A DNA stretch of 63,986 bases, counting the filler, from Elsinoe ampelina (Eukaryota): NCBI GenBank assembly GCA_010093995.1. It is 4 parts of 4 records of this genome, joined end to end, with 100 filler letters (N's around TTAATTAATTAA, not from the genome) between each part and the next. Parts side by side here need not be neighbours in the genome. Positions count along the whole stretch, not along the records: positions 41,885 to 60,069 come from ML992563.1; positions 60,170 to 63,986 come from ML992605.1; 2 more parts are not named here. One strand, written 5' to 3'. Both the position numbers and the translations under genes were made by a program. Under the pieces are notes generated by a model. It did not search any database. It was not told the origin of the DNA and worked only from the letters and a program-made list of their open reading frames with translations. This document shows positions 49,362-61,514 of this stretch, piece by piece. Each line of letters begins with the position of its first letter. The first letter of the stretch is position 1.

Positions 49362-50234
49362 ATGAAGTCTACTACCGTCGCCGCGCTCACTGCGCTCCTC
49401 TCCGCTGGCGCTCTGGCAGTGCCGATGGCTGGCCACCACAAGGCACCTGCCCATGGACACTGGCATATGCGCAACAAGCGCGATATCATTTGGGTCACCG
49501 AGTTTGAAATCGAGACTGTCGTCGTCATGAAGACTGTTTATGAGGATGGCACTTCTCCATCCGAGCCGACTGAGATTGCCACTACTCTCAAAGCGACTCC
49601 ATCTGCGAGCACCACTCCAGTCGCCCCGGCACCATCTTCACCATCCGAGACTGGCGCTTCTCCTCCTCCTCCCGCCTACACTCCTCCTAGTACTACCTCC
49701 GCCGCGCCTGTTCCTACATCTACTACTTCCGCCTATGTCCCACCACCACCTCCTTCCTCCACCACCACCGAGGCTCCAGCTCCTGCACCAACTACTTACT
49801 CTCCGGAGCCCGCACCAGCCCCAACTACTTCTGAGGCTGCTCCTCTGCCTTCCTACTCTGCGCCTGCCCCATCTGCTTCTCCCAGCCAGTCTTCCGGTGG
49901 CAGCTCTGGTGGTGCTACCTTCACTGGTGATGCTACCTACTGGGAGCCAGCTCTGGGCGCTTGCGGCTGGACCAACACCGCAAGCGAGGATGTTGTCGCC
50001 ATCTCCATGGCTGTCTTTGACCCCAAGACTCCTGGTGGCAACCCCAACAACAACCCTCTATGCGGCCAGTACGTTGCCATCAAGTGCAAGGACGGGAGCA
50101 CTACCAAAGCCAAGGTTGTTGACCGGTGCGTTGGCTGCCAAGCTGGTGACCTTGACATGACCAAGACTCTCTTTGACAAGGTCACCGGCAATGGCGATGG
50201 CCGTGTTAGTGGAATGGAGTGGTCATGGGCGTAG
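49362..50234 (+). CDS. Secreted RlpA-like double-psi beta-barrel (expansin/loosenin-like) protein with P/S/T-rich linker
   Basis: Signal peptide, KR site, GDATYW..LGACG, NPNNNPLCG, VVDRCVGC...DLDM. Confidence 0.92.
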   Translation: MKSTTVAALTALLSAGALAVPMAGHHKAPAHGHWHMRNKRDIIWVTEFEIETVVVMKTVYEDGTSPSEPTEIATTLKATPSASTTPVAPAPSSPSETGASPPPPAYTPPSTTSAAPVPTSTTSAYVPPPPPSSTTTEAPAPAPTTYSPEPAPAPTTSEAAPLPSYSAPAPSASPSQSSGGSSGGATFTGDATYWEPALGACGWTNTASEDVVAISMAVFDPKTPGGNPNNNPLCGQYVAIKCKDGSTTKAKVVDRCVGCQAGDLDMTKTLFDKVTGNGDGRVSGMEWSWA

Positions 50235-51716
50235 AGGAAGCGTCTTCTCACCCCGTATGACCTAGTAACGATCAATCTTCTTTTCGGCATGAACAAATTT
50301 GTACGGCTTGGATGGGACTGGCATGGCCCAGGCAGGGAACCAAACAGAAAATATAGGGCGTTTTACTTCCGGGCCTTGCACCTCCAGACAGGGCAGAAAA
50401 GGGCAACAGGCGTCGCCGAGGATCACCTATGCATGAGACACGCCTATTTTACGATAAACACATTTCTTGGACCTACTATTCACACACACTCCTTTACATG
50501 CACAATGGCATTTCTACCCTTCTGCTGTACAAATTACTCCATCGGTTTACCTTTGAGGACGAGTTTCAAATGTATCTTTCAAGCTTATGAAACACAATGA
50601 ATAACGTCGCCTGAGTTGTGACAAGGAGTGATATATGCGCCCATTGCCACCATACGAGTCTACATGACCAGCTTCCAAGACGACCGCACCTCAAGCAACA
50701 GAGTGCCAGACAGTCAGCACCACGCTGCCGTCAGCTGATGTTGATTCTCACCGTTGCAACCAGACCCTTCGTATGCTTCAACGGGCGGCATGAACAAAGT
50801 CAGATGCTCGCAAACGAAAAGTCTATTCTAAAACAAAGTGATGGAATGTGTCCTCAGTCCAGACTATGGCCGATTGTTGATCTTCTGCTGCGCAATAATA
50901 GCCCAGGTATAGTCTATAGACAGGGTAGCATCGATGACGCAGGGTTGTGGTCCGGTAAAGCGATGTGAATGATGAGCTGTCAGCCAAGTTTCCCAGTCTC
51001 ACATGTGCCCTCAAGCCCTTGACGGTTTACACGGCGCCGGCGATTGAGCGAACCAGGTTGCATTTGGCCATTTTCATTTCCGCCCGCGTTGACAAGAAGC
51101 GGGCAACGAGATTCGAGGAGTCTTGTCACTCATTGTCTTCACCTTGCTGGACAGTCCTTGTCTTCTCTATTTCCTATACTCTACCCTGTGACGTTCCCTG
51201 GTCCATCATATTCAACCATTCTGTCGATCATCCAGCAAATTGCATCCTCTTTTCTCGTGTTCGGCGCCGCATCGGGCAGGAGCTCGGACCGACGATTAAA
51301 TTCAGAGCAGCGAAGAATCAGGCGAAGCGCGAGAATCCGACGAGGGCAGCGATACTGAACGGGAAAAGAGACTCGTGTTAAACAGACTGACGACCACCTG
51401 AGGACAACTTCAACACCTTCGTCTCATCAATCAGCCTGTCATCAATACCCCAGATTGCATACGACTCGCCCTCTGCATGTCCGCGACCAATTAGCGCCCA
51501 AATTGCCTTTACTCGACCGATCTCTGGCGCCCTCATCAATCACACAAACCAGCCAAAAGCCCACCCTTCTTTGAGTCTCCCGCAATTCCACGTCTTCTGC
51601 GTGTCATTCTTGGAAAACCGAAACCGACTACCCGAACAAAGGGGTCGACGCGAGGTCATGTCGACAAACTCGACTGGTGCGCTTCATCTCTTCTCTTCGT
51701 CGTTACTATTCTAACC

Positions 51717-52853
51717 ATGACTTCAGTGTCGGCCACCACCGCTCCGCCTACTTCGGCGGCGCCTTCGACGACTGACCTCACCTCGTCCATAGCGTCTTCC
51801 GTCTCTTCCGCTATTTTGACACCCAGCACGACAACAATCCCGCCCACGACCACGATCGACACGACTTCTATTGTCTCTGCTTCCTCAGCTGCGCCATCGA
51901 CACAACTAATCACCTCGATCATCACTCAAACCCCCTCCGAACCTGGTCAGACTTCGATTCCGCCCGTCACAGTCATTGTTACATCGGAAATTACACCAAC
52001 CGCCACCACTGACCCAGTCAGCTCGTCCAGCTCAGCAGCAGCTTCTTCTTCCAGCGCCGCCTCACTACAGCCAAATGGAGGAGGTTCTACAACTTCCAGC
52101 GGATTGTCATCTGCGGGTCGCACAGCTATTGCTGTTGTAGTCCCGGTTGTCGCTGTTGCCTTGATCGTCCTCGCCGCCTTGTTCTTCTGGAGGAAGCGGA
52201 AACAACGAAAGAATGCTGAAGAGGCACGAAGGAAAGAAGTCGAGGAGTATGGATACAACCCGAACAATGATCCAACTCTTCCGGCTGTTGCTGCCGACGG
52301 ACACTCGGAAATGGCAGAAGATCACGGCAGTGGATACCGCGGATGGGGTGCTGCCATGTCCAACCGCAAGCCGTCTACTACACTATCTGGCGGACACACA
52401 CATGGACAATTGAGCGACGCAGGCAGCAATCCAGGCGGCTTCTCGCACAGCCCAACCGCTTTTGGTGGATCAGACGGGCAGAACAGTGATCAGTACTACA
52501 AACAACGGGACACCATGACCAGCGACGACCTAGCCGCACTCGGAGCCGCACCCGCAGCCAGCACAAACAACAACAACATGCGGAGAGGACCTTCCAACGC
52601 GTCAAGCAGCTACTCAGCCGGACACCGTAGTGACCAATCCGACCCCAGCTTTCACCAACGATCACCCAGCGAAGGTCCAGTATCACCACAGAACTATGCT
52701 GCATATAACACAGCTGGTCCTTATGGTGACGGCACATACGGTGGCAGTGACGGCATGCCCGTAGTTCGAGATGTGAGCGCACGACGAAACACCAGGATCG
52801 AGCAAGGAGGTGCCTACCAACAAGGAAACAGTGGCATCTCACAAAACTTCTGA
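51717..52853 (+). CDS. Mid2/Skg6-like single-pass membrane protein with S/T-rich ectodomain
   Basis: Long S/T-rich region, TM AIAVVVPVVAVALIVLAALFFW followed by RKRKQRK, cytoplasmic tail; start uncertain. Confidence 0.88.
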   Translation: MTSVSATTAPPTSAAPSTTDLTSSIASSVSSAILTPSTTTIPPTTTIDTTSIVSASSAAPSTQLITSIITQTPSEPGQTSIPPVTVIVTSEITPTATTDPVSSSSSAAASSSSAASLQPNGGGSTTSSGLSSAGRTAIAVVVPVVAVALIVLAALFFWRKRKQRKNAEEARRKEVEEYGYNPNNDPTLPAVAADGHSEMAEDHGSGYRGWGAAMSNRKPSTTLSGGHTHGQLSDAGSNPGGFSHSPTAFGGSDGQNSDQYYKQRDTMTSDDLAALGAAPAASTNNNNMRRGPSNASSSYSAGHRSDQSDPSFHQRSPSEGPVSPQNYAAYNTAGPYGDGTYGGSDGMPVVRDVSARRNTRIEQGGAYQQGNSGISQNF

Positions 52854-53433
52854 TCGTAGTCTGCACACAAAGCTATACGCAAAACATAATTCACGACGAA
52901 CGCACGATTCTTCTACTTTGTTCTGGTCATCTGTAATACTATCTCCGAGATAAGTCGTCTCGAGAACGCCAATCGTTTCGTGAACATACTGGGAGAGATA
53001 CGCCTGGGGTTGAAAGGAACCTAGGGGGGCTTTTGAGATAGGGCATGGACAAAGATTGATACGGCCGAGTTCGTTTTTCTTGAGACCAGGCAGTTGGTCG
53101 ACTTGTTGATATCCTACTGCATGAATTGAACATCTTTGTAATTACAGGAGCGTATTTGCTTGATGGGTGTGATTTGCCGAGCAAGATATGTTGCTAAATT
53201 GCTAGAGATGCTCGACCAGGTATCTCGCACGTGGGAAGAAAGTTGCTCTCTCTACTGGATGAACCTTTATCTGCAAGAGTTCAAACAGTAATCACTGACA
53301 CAATTTTCAGTACCTGACATTGACGTTACGCGCTAGTGCATGCGCCGCATGGCGTTTGTTCAACTTGAAGCTTTGTTCAACTCGATTCCTTCAACATCAA
53401 CCTCCTTTCTTCCGACTGTCAATTTTGCTCATC

Positions 53434-54752
53434 ATGGCTGAGCTGGATCAGATCAGGTCCGCCTTTGCTCAGGACAATGATCTGTGTAACCGTGTCCTAG
53501 CTGCTGCACGTCAGTCATACACATCTGGATTGACATAGCGACCCTCTAACTAGTCCCAGAACAATCTCGCGATCAATTACAACTCTCTCTGGACATCATT
53601 CGCTATTTCACCCAGTCCTCTACTGCCTCAGAACCCGCGTCCAAGAAGCGCAAGCTCGACGCGCCCACGAATGGCACGACATCATCTCTCGACCTGACCT
53701 CCCTCCCCTCCAACCTCTCTCTCCCCGATGTCTCCTTCACCATCCCCTTCCGCAAGAAAGCTAGCCTCGCATTCCACGCCTCTCCCGCCTCTCCCAGCGA
53801 GGGTGGGCTCCTTATTACCACCAAGGACACATCCTACACTATCCCCTTCTCAACAATCGCCCACCTCTTCTGTCTCCCCGTCCCCGAAAAGACTACCAAG
53901 CAACACAATTTCGTCCTCATCCTCTCCTCTCCTGCCTCAGGCGACTCCCAATTCGTCTTCACCCTCCCAGAAACACCCTACACCGGCTCCTCCTCAGACG
54001 CCGGCGAACACGACACCCAAGTCTCCCTCACCGGCCGCACGCTCAACGCCCACCTCTCTCCTTTCGGTAGAGGCATCGTCCTCCCCTCCGAGGACGACTT
54101 TGCGAGCGCCATCCCCCAGGCCCACCGTCAAGGCGAGGTCGCATTCCACGTCAAAGCACACTTGGGCAGTAAAGAGGGGTACCTCTTCTTCCTCTCCACC
54201 GGCGTGCTATTCGGTTTCAAGAAACCGGTCTTGTTCTTCCCATTCGACAAGGTGGTCAGCACGAGCTACACCAGTGTTCTCCAGCGAACATTCAACCTCG
54301 TCATCACCGTGCAGAAAGATGCGCCTGGATCCGGCGAAGGGGCCGCGGAAGAAGCAGGAGATGACACCGAGGACGTGGAATTCGGCATGCTAGACCAAGC
54401 CGACTTCGCGGGCATCGACGCCTTTGTCAAGGGTAAAGGGCTGGACGATGCGTCTCTCGCGGAGGCGCGAAAGGCGAAGAGGGTGGGGGTTAATGACCCT
54501 CGTCGCAAGAAGGGGGAGGAAGGGGAAGAGGGACAGAATGGTGTCAAGGAAGAGGAAGGGGAGACGGAGTTGGAGAAGGCGCAAAGGGAAATGCAGGATG
54601 CGGAGGACGAGGAGGATGAAGAGGAGGAGGATTATGATCCGGGCAGTGAGGGGGAGAGTGAAGGGGAGGGGAGTGAGAGTGAGGAGGAGGGGGACGGGGA
54701 GGGGCAGGAAGTGGAAGGGGAGGAAGGGGAGGAGGGAGAGGACGAGGAGTAG
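53434..54752 (+). CDS. RTT106: Histone chaperone Rtt106; exons 53434-53509, 53560-54752
   Basis: FHVKAHLGSKEGYLFFL, FGFKKP, SYTSVLQRTFNL, EFGMLDQADF, acidic tail; GTCAGT...CTAAC...CAG intron. Confidence 0.92.
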
Positions 54753-55943
54753 AGGTGATTGGGCAAGAGGGAGGACGCCGGATTGTATGAGTATCACATC
54801 AAGAGGCACAAACACACCTGGCCACTGACTCGTTCCGTTCTGCATCATCCTCATTGCCCGGACGATGCGAGGGCGCACAATCCTATCACCATTGAGCCCA
54901 TTCAAGACACATAGCCGAAGGACAAGTGTGATTGCTCAGGTGCGATCAATAGCGCCCCTGACCTCGTATCCAGATGTCAGGTGTGAACTCAAGGAGGAGA
55001 GCGGCAAGACCGTCAGACACATCCGTAGCTGACGAGGTAAGCAACTAGTAATGTGTATCACACCCAGTCAACTCCTCCTGCCCCCCCCCCCTTCCCAACC
55101 CACCCCTCGAACCCTCAATGGGGAAAACACAACCGTCGACCCAACCCCAAGCAGGATCCCAACCCCACCACCACCCCGTCACCAGAACAGAAGAGACAAG
55201 CGACACCACCTCCTGGAAACCCCACCCCCTGGCAGCCAGACCAACAATGCCCTGATCGACACCTAGGTCCAGGCTCCGCCCCCTTTCCTTTCCCCATTCT
55301 TTTCCGCCCGTGAACCTCTACGCTTCTCGGAGGGGGAGAGGACGAGGTGGGTGTAACGCGTGGGCGTAACTCGGGAATGAATGGGATTGGCGTCAAGGTC
55401 CGAGCTGAGTCCGAGGATGGACGCTGTTATGCCCCAGGGGTGTTGGACTGAGGACTGCAGACCGGGGACGGCAGAGTGTTCGGGAGGGAAGGAGGGGAGA
55501 GAAGGGCTGGACTGCTGAGCCAGGAGAGGTTGGGGGGAATGATCGACTGGAGACGCTGTGATGGAGATGGACGTGTGCGATGCTGGGAGATCAGGAAGGT
55601 TGGGGCTTTGAGATAGGGTGGTTGGTATGGGAGGGTAGTGTCAGGAGTGGAAGGTTATTGCGAGGGAACGTATCTCGGGTAAGGCTTGTTGCAAAGAGGA
55701 GGAGATTGGACGACGTGACGATGTGGCCACTATTCGGTATCGGAGGGCGGATGGCAGTGTGTCTTCCAGATGCTTGCATTCGTTCACCCTTGCTTTGTCC
55801 ATGCGAGATGCACGAGGAATTCAAGGGTACCTTGTCGGGATGAAGTGCAGCTTTACCTATCGGGGATGTAGAGGCGCTGTAGGTGGATACTGGGCTCTTC
55901 AGATGGTGGGACCCGGCCGAGTGCCTTTGTGGTTGATGACTCT

Positions 55944-56324
55944 CTACACAACCGACTTGAAGTAAACCATTAGAACCCCCTGATGTACCGTCTTTGCGTA
56001 CTCTCTGATCTCTGCATGAGCCTCACAGTGCTTGTCGTAGAATTCAAAGCCTTCTTTATCAGCAAACGTGGTCTGCGCCACGATCGTGTAGCCTTGGTTT
56101 CGTTGGTCTTCCTCCGTTCGGCCGGCTTTGGCTGATATGATGTATGGCTTGCCGTCCTGGAGGATATGAGTAAGATGATTCGGAGTGAAAGGATTGAGAG
56201 TAGAGGGGCTACCTACCTTTACAGCCTTACTTTGTAGTTGCTTGTACTTGGATAGTAGCTCTTCTTGTGCCTTTTGGTCGGAGATCTTGAAGAGGGTGAC
56301 ACGGTTGATCTGTTCGGATGTCAT
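55944..56324 (-). CDS. Dabb family stress-responsive A/B barrel protein; exons 56324-56217, 56156-55944
   Basis: RVTLFKI, K|DGKPYI, RNQGYT, FYDKHCEAH; in-frame GTAGGT...CAG intron. Confidence 0.9.
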   Translation of the reverse strand: MTSEQINRVTLFKISDQKAQEELLSKYKQLQSKAVKVGSPSTLNPFTPNHLTHILQDGKPYIISAKAGRTEEDQRNQGYTIVAQTTFADKEGFEFYDKHCEAHAEIREYAKTVHQGVLMVYFKSVV

Positions 56325-59300
56325 AGTGGAGTCGTTAGGCAGAGAATCATACAAAGAGGCAATGTGTAGTGTGCTCTACAAAGGCCTGCCACAACCGGAT
56401 GACATGAGGTTCTGGTAGGGGAAGCCGAAGGAGGGGGAGGGGCCGAAAGCGCAACAATTCCGCTCATGTCGGACGTGTTCCTCACTTCTCCTACCTGCCT
56501 TGTCCAACTTTCATTACCTCCGTACAGTACACCACAAGACTGATACTTTGGCGAACGATGTTTGCCAATCTGATTCCATCAGATCCGACAGTCAGGTAGG
56601 ATAAGTCTCGATCAGACCGACTTGTCCTTCGTAAGCCTACTCATGCTTCGGGGCTCGATATGACACTGTTCCCCCGTCGAAATTACGACTATCACGGCCC
56701 GAAAGCGCACAAGCTGAGCAGTGGGAGTGTCCTTTTGTCACGATGATTAAGCAAGCTTTGCTGCTCCCATGAGCGTGACCAGCAGTCCGCGCAAGGAGGG
56801 ACCCTGCACAGCAATACCCTTGTAAGTCTGCTGATCTTCAACCTACCATGTTTGATCATCAGAGGTCTGTATCTTGAGCTTGTTCCGGACTCCATCCGCG
56901 TACAAAACTATCAGAGACCCTCCAAGAAGTCTGGCTTGGATATCATGATCTTCCTCACGTGGCTGCTTGGCTTCTATCATGTCTCCTTCTTTGCATCGTA
57001 ACGGGCACTGAGCGGAGTGCGACAGTATCTTGGCATGATGGCACGATCAGGGCTCTCTATGCCACGAGAAAGAGATCCCAAGGGGTCAGGAAGTCTCGGA
57101 GACCCTATGAAGCACTCGAAATGCTTTGAGAGTGGATGATGGATCTGGACCCTGCTCAATACATCCGTGTGGCTTGCGCAGGCCCCGCTTGTATGCTGGC
57201 ATTGCTGATTGCCTACCTTTCCAGCTTCCCCATTCTGTCGAGTCTTTGAGCTTCGCCTCACTGCATCATTATCTTCGGTGAAGGGCGAGATCATGCAGGT
57301 AAATCACAGACTAGAGGTGCTACATGGCTGAGCTCGTTTGCTGCAAAAATTGCGTTGTACAGACATCAAGAATCCAGACCGATCTTCGTAACGGACTACT
57401 ACAGTCCGAGTGGTCTCCAAGTTGAGCCGTGTGGGTGCGCGCGACCATGCGCCGACAACGTGATCGAGGTTAACGTCCAGCAAGCAAGTGCAGATCAGTA
57501 AGACTGCTGGCCTGAAGCTCAGCCCTACTTGGAATACTGCCGACGACGCTTTCTCAGCGTACAAGCTGTAATGGCCAAGCAGGCAATGCAGGGCTTGTCT
57601 TACAATCCCAACGAGCGAGCCGATATTGAGCACGGCTTGGTGCGTGTCGCCGGGAATACGTGGATGCGAACGACCATTTCTCGCAGCCTTAGTCAACGTT
57701 CACACTCGCATGAATGTTCCATGCCGCTATCCAGACGAAGCCCTTTCCCCGTGGTGGACTTTGACATCGAACAGGTAGACCAGCGTATTGTCCAGTCTTT
57801 CTCGCAAGGGAATTTAGCCGGCCGACCTGGCAACGTGGCAAGTGATCCGTAGGGCGAAGCAAACCCTTTCGGCATTGATATGTACTTTCGCTTGTGGTCT
57901 CTCAATTTGAAACGTCTTTGACTTTGGCAGCAATATCGAGAATCATGGCAGGCTGATATCTTGGTCCAGAAGGAGCTGCCGTTCGCTTTCGTGGCATGAT
58001 CACGAGCTCCGAATTGCTAGCAGTAATTAATGTAGCGTAGATCCAAAAGCACTATCAGAAAGACCACAGAGTGTGCTACCATTTCTGCGGGCCAGATGTG
58101 GGTTCGCAAGCCAGAACTAATCGTATGTACCACCAAAAGTCGTTGAGTAGGTCTGCATTAGTGTCTTCCCGAGAAAGCCACATTGCGTACATAAGCTGGG
58201 TCAGCGACATAGCTCGACGAGCTTGTCGTTCGGTGGCTGCACCACCAAGGTCATGGCTGGAGTTCGGCGACACTGTCCTCGACTCGGTCGTTCCTGAAAC
58301 AGTTCAGCGGGTTCTCCTAGGCCCAGATGATCGTCCGGGTTTCCGTGCGGGAAGCAGTAGATGCACCAGAGATGGAAGTGGCCGTGATTCAGAATCAGCC
58401 TCTTCTTTTCGAGATCGTAGATTTCGCGATCCTCAAACGTTGCTATACCGCTTCCAAGCCGCGAATGACAACATGTTTGATGGCTTCAGGCAAAGATCAA
58501 CTGTGAAACAATACCCAGCCATCGAGGAAGACATGGACGTCCGAGGAGGAGCTTCAGCCGCCGCACGCACCCTCTTACATGCCAATGCTTGGATAATACA
58601 AGACTATACAAGGCATTCCGCGAAGCTCTGTGACCTTCTCGACACGCGGATGCTCGGATCAGTGGGTGTGGTAGTAAAAGACAAGGGAAGAGCTTGATTG
58701 GGTTCGTGGTGGGGTCAGCTCGCAGTGGTTCGGCACGATCCCGCAGTGTTCACACTTCACCGCTTCTCATCTGCTCTCTCTCCTGCATCTTCATCAACGA
58801 ATCGCCCGTCTCCCGGTCACGCCTTTATGCGACTCAATCAAAATGTACAGCTCATGTATCTCCTTCCAAGAGCCCCAACCTGACTCTCCCACCATCTGCC
58901 ATCGATCTAACTCGTGGTGTTCCGTTTCCTGGCAATCTCGGCAACCAACACTCGGGGACTGTTCACGTTGATCACCGTGATCTGCCTTGGCCTTTTTGCC
59001 CCCAAATCTACCTGAGTCGACGATGCGACTTAGCCGCTACTGATGCATCTTCCTTCGCAGATGACTGCCGCAGCAACCGCTTCACCACCTCACTGCTCCA
59101 CCTGCCCATCAGCCGCATTGCCATGTGCGAGTCAGTAAGAGTTCCCCTGCTTCTGCAAACGTTGCGACCTTCCAAGCCAGCCCTGTGTAGCACCACTTTC
59201 AATCCCTGACAGTGGCTGTTCATGGCCACTCTGCGCCCTTGATCAACAGAACGGGTAGAGCCTGTCATAGGACGACTACTCAATCTGAACGCTCCTGACT

Positions 59301-59627
59301 CGACGCCATGCATGAACCACGTTTGGAATCCGGTTCGTCTACCAATACCAAGAGCATTGGTCAATCTGGAGCTCAAACCCTCTCTCGACAACGATCCGCC
59401 ACCGTGAGAGGGTTTCTGTTCAACAGCCAGTCTATGGGACCAGTGTGTAACTTATGTGAGACTCTGTACGATCATGCCTGCGGGGTACTATGTGCAATCG
59501 CCGGTTGTCAATTCCATAAGAGCACTCTATCCAGCAGAAAAAGAGGCAGGTCTTTCGTCCATCCTTTCCTCACCCCTGTCATCCTTTCCTTGCGGCTGGT
59601 CCTATTCTTACTTCTCCTATCTGAACA

Positions 59628-60069
59628 ATGTCTTCGGAACCCCCTCAAGACAAGACAGGTACTCCCGTGTGGGCGCGGGCGTCCTATGCGGCACCCCCTG
59701 ATATCACCACGACAGAGAACATCACCCCAGTCGATGCCCCTTCTCCATCAACACCGTCAGAAAAGGAGGTCCAGACTGGTCTGACCCCTGAGACACCCGA
59801 ACAAGACGAGAAGAAGCTCAGCATCTCCCGCGAGAAAGACATGGACATCGAAGCCGACTCCCTCCCAAGCGACGACAAAGAGTCCTTCAAATCCGAAGTC
59901 AACGGCGATGTCGTCCTCATCGACTCCAACGGCAACGTCCGCCGCCTGCCCATCCCGACCAACGACCCGAACGACCCCCTCAACTTTCCCCGGTGGAAGA
60001 AATTTGTTATCCTCGGCTGCTGCTGCTGGTTCTGTACGCCCCCCTCTCCTCCCCCCCGCTCTATTCCCA
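59628..60069 (+). CDS. MFS transporter N-terminal fragment, remainder lost in gap
   Basis: LPIPTNDPNDPLNFPRWKK motif preceding TM1; GTACGC donor at 60034. Confidence 0.8.
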
Positions 60070-60169
60070 NNNNNNNNNNNNNNNNNNNNNNNNNNNNNNN
60101 NNNNNNNNNNNNNTTAATTAATTAANNNNNNNNNNNNNNNNNNNNNNNNNNNNNNNNNNNNNNNNNNNN
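60070..60169. other. Artificial contig-join linker N44-TTAATTAATTAA-N44
   Basis: Same structure as the other two. Confidence 0.97.
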
Positions 60170-61514
60170 TCGTCTAGGTATATAATATAGTAGTAGTCTA
60201 CTAAGCTACTTAAGTACTAATATATATAAGTCTAGAATATAGCTAGGGCATTAGTAAGGCTAAAAGGTATAATAGTATATTTAAAGTAGCTATAGTAATA
60301 GTAGAACGCTATCTTCTATTTATTACTATACTAGATATATACTCTATAGTAGGTATCTATAAGGTCTAGCTTACTAAATAAGTATACATCCTCGATGTAA
60401 TTAAGTATCTTAGCAATTAGAGGTAAGAGGTAATAGTTCTTAATAGTAACATTATTTAGCCTATAATAGTTAATATATAGGCGTAGCGAACTATTCTTCT
60501 TAGGAACGAATAGAATAGGAGACTCTATAGAGCTAGTACTATACTAGAGTTAACTCGTTACTAAGCTATTATCTATATACTCTCGAAGTACCTAAAGCTC
60601 CTTTTCACCGAGGGGGTAGATAGGTCCCTAGGGTAGCTATTTCTCCTCTTTAATATTAATAGAGTAAGTAAAATTGTTACTTAGTAGCGCTATTACTACG
60701 CTCTTATTAAAAACATCTACGTAGTTGTTAAGCTAGTATAGTAGAGTTAGAGTGCTAGGTTCGTTCTAGCGTATATATACTAGGTAGAGCTAGGCGTTAG
60801 GCTAATTTAGCTTCTAGAAGAAGGAGAGTATATCTAGAATTAACACCTATATAGCGCTAGTATAATGCCTCTATATACTAGTACTCTACTAAATCTTAGA
60901 GTTATAGAATAATAGCTATAGTAGGCCTAATATAAGATTATAACTAGTTATATTAACGCTTTTAAACTACTAGCGTAACACCTACATTATTTCTTTACTA
61001 TTCTTAATAGCAAAGGCTAACTTAGTATATCTATAGGTAGTTAATTCGTATTTGTCTAAGCTATGTACTTAGTATACTACTAGGGGGTTAATAGCGATAT
61101 AATAGCGTATAGTAAAATACTAGCTAATAAAGTTACTATCGGCGCTACTATCTATTAGAGCTATCTCTTTAATAGGGCCCTTAGGTAGGTTAACTATAAT
61201 ATTAGTGCGAATTTAGTATATATTCTACATCGCGCTAGAGCTACTTAAAATTAGTAAATATAAGAACACTATCTATTTTAAAGAGTTCTTCTAGAGATAG
61301 TTCGGCGCCTAATAGTCTAGGCTCTTATAGATATTATAAAAGTAAGTAGCGCTAGGTTAGAGAGCTATAAGAGTAGCGTTAGCGCTACTCTACTAGTCCT
61401 TTTAGCTCTTATAGTCTTCGTTATAGTAAGGCCTTTTAGTAAAAGTATTAGTCTTCTCTCTAGCGTTATGCTTATACTACCTCTATATAGAGTTAAAGTA
61501 GCCTAGTAGGTTCT
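60170..61514 (-). mobile_element. RIP-mutated Ty3/gypsy element, copy A (gag C-terminus, protease, RT N-terminal half)
   Basis: Reverse complement of 62642-63986 with no net indel, differing by transitions at the sites checked. Confidence 0.9.

Noticed and set aside
55051..55843. Small gene in the Pro/Gly-rich ORFs downstream of RTT106
   Set aside because: No consistent spliced model; ORFs reflect C-run/G-run composition.
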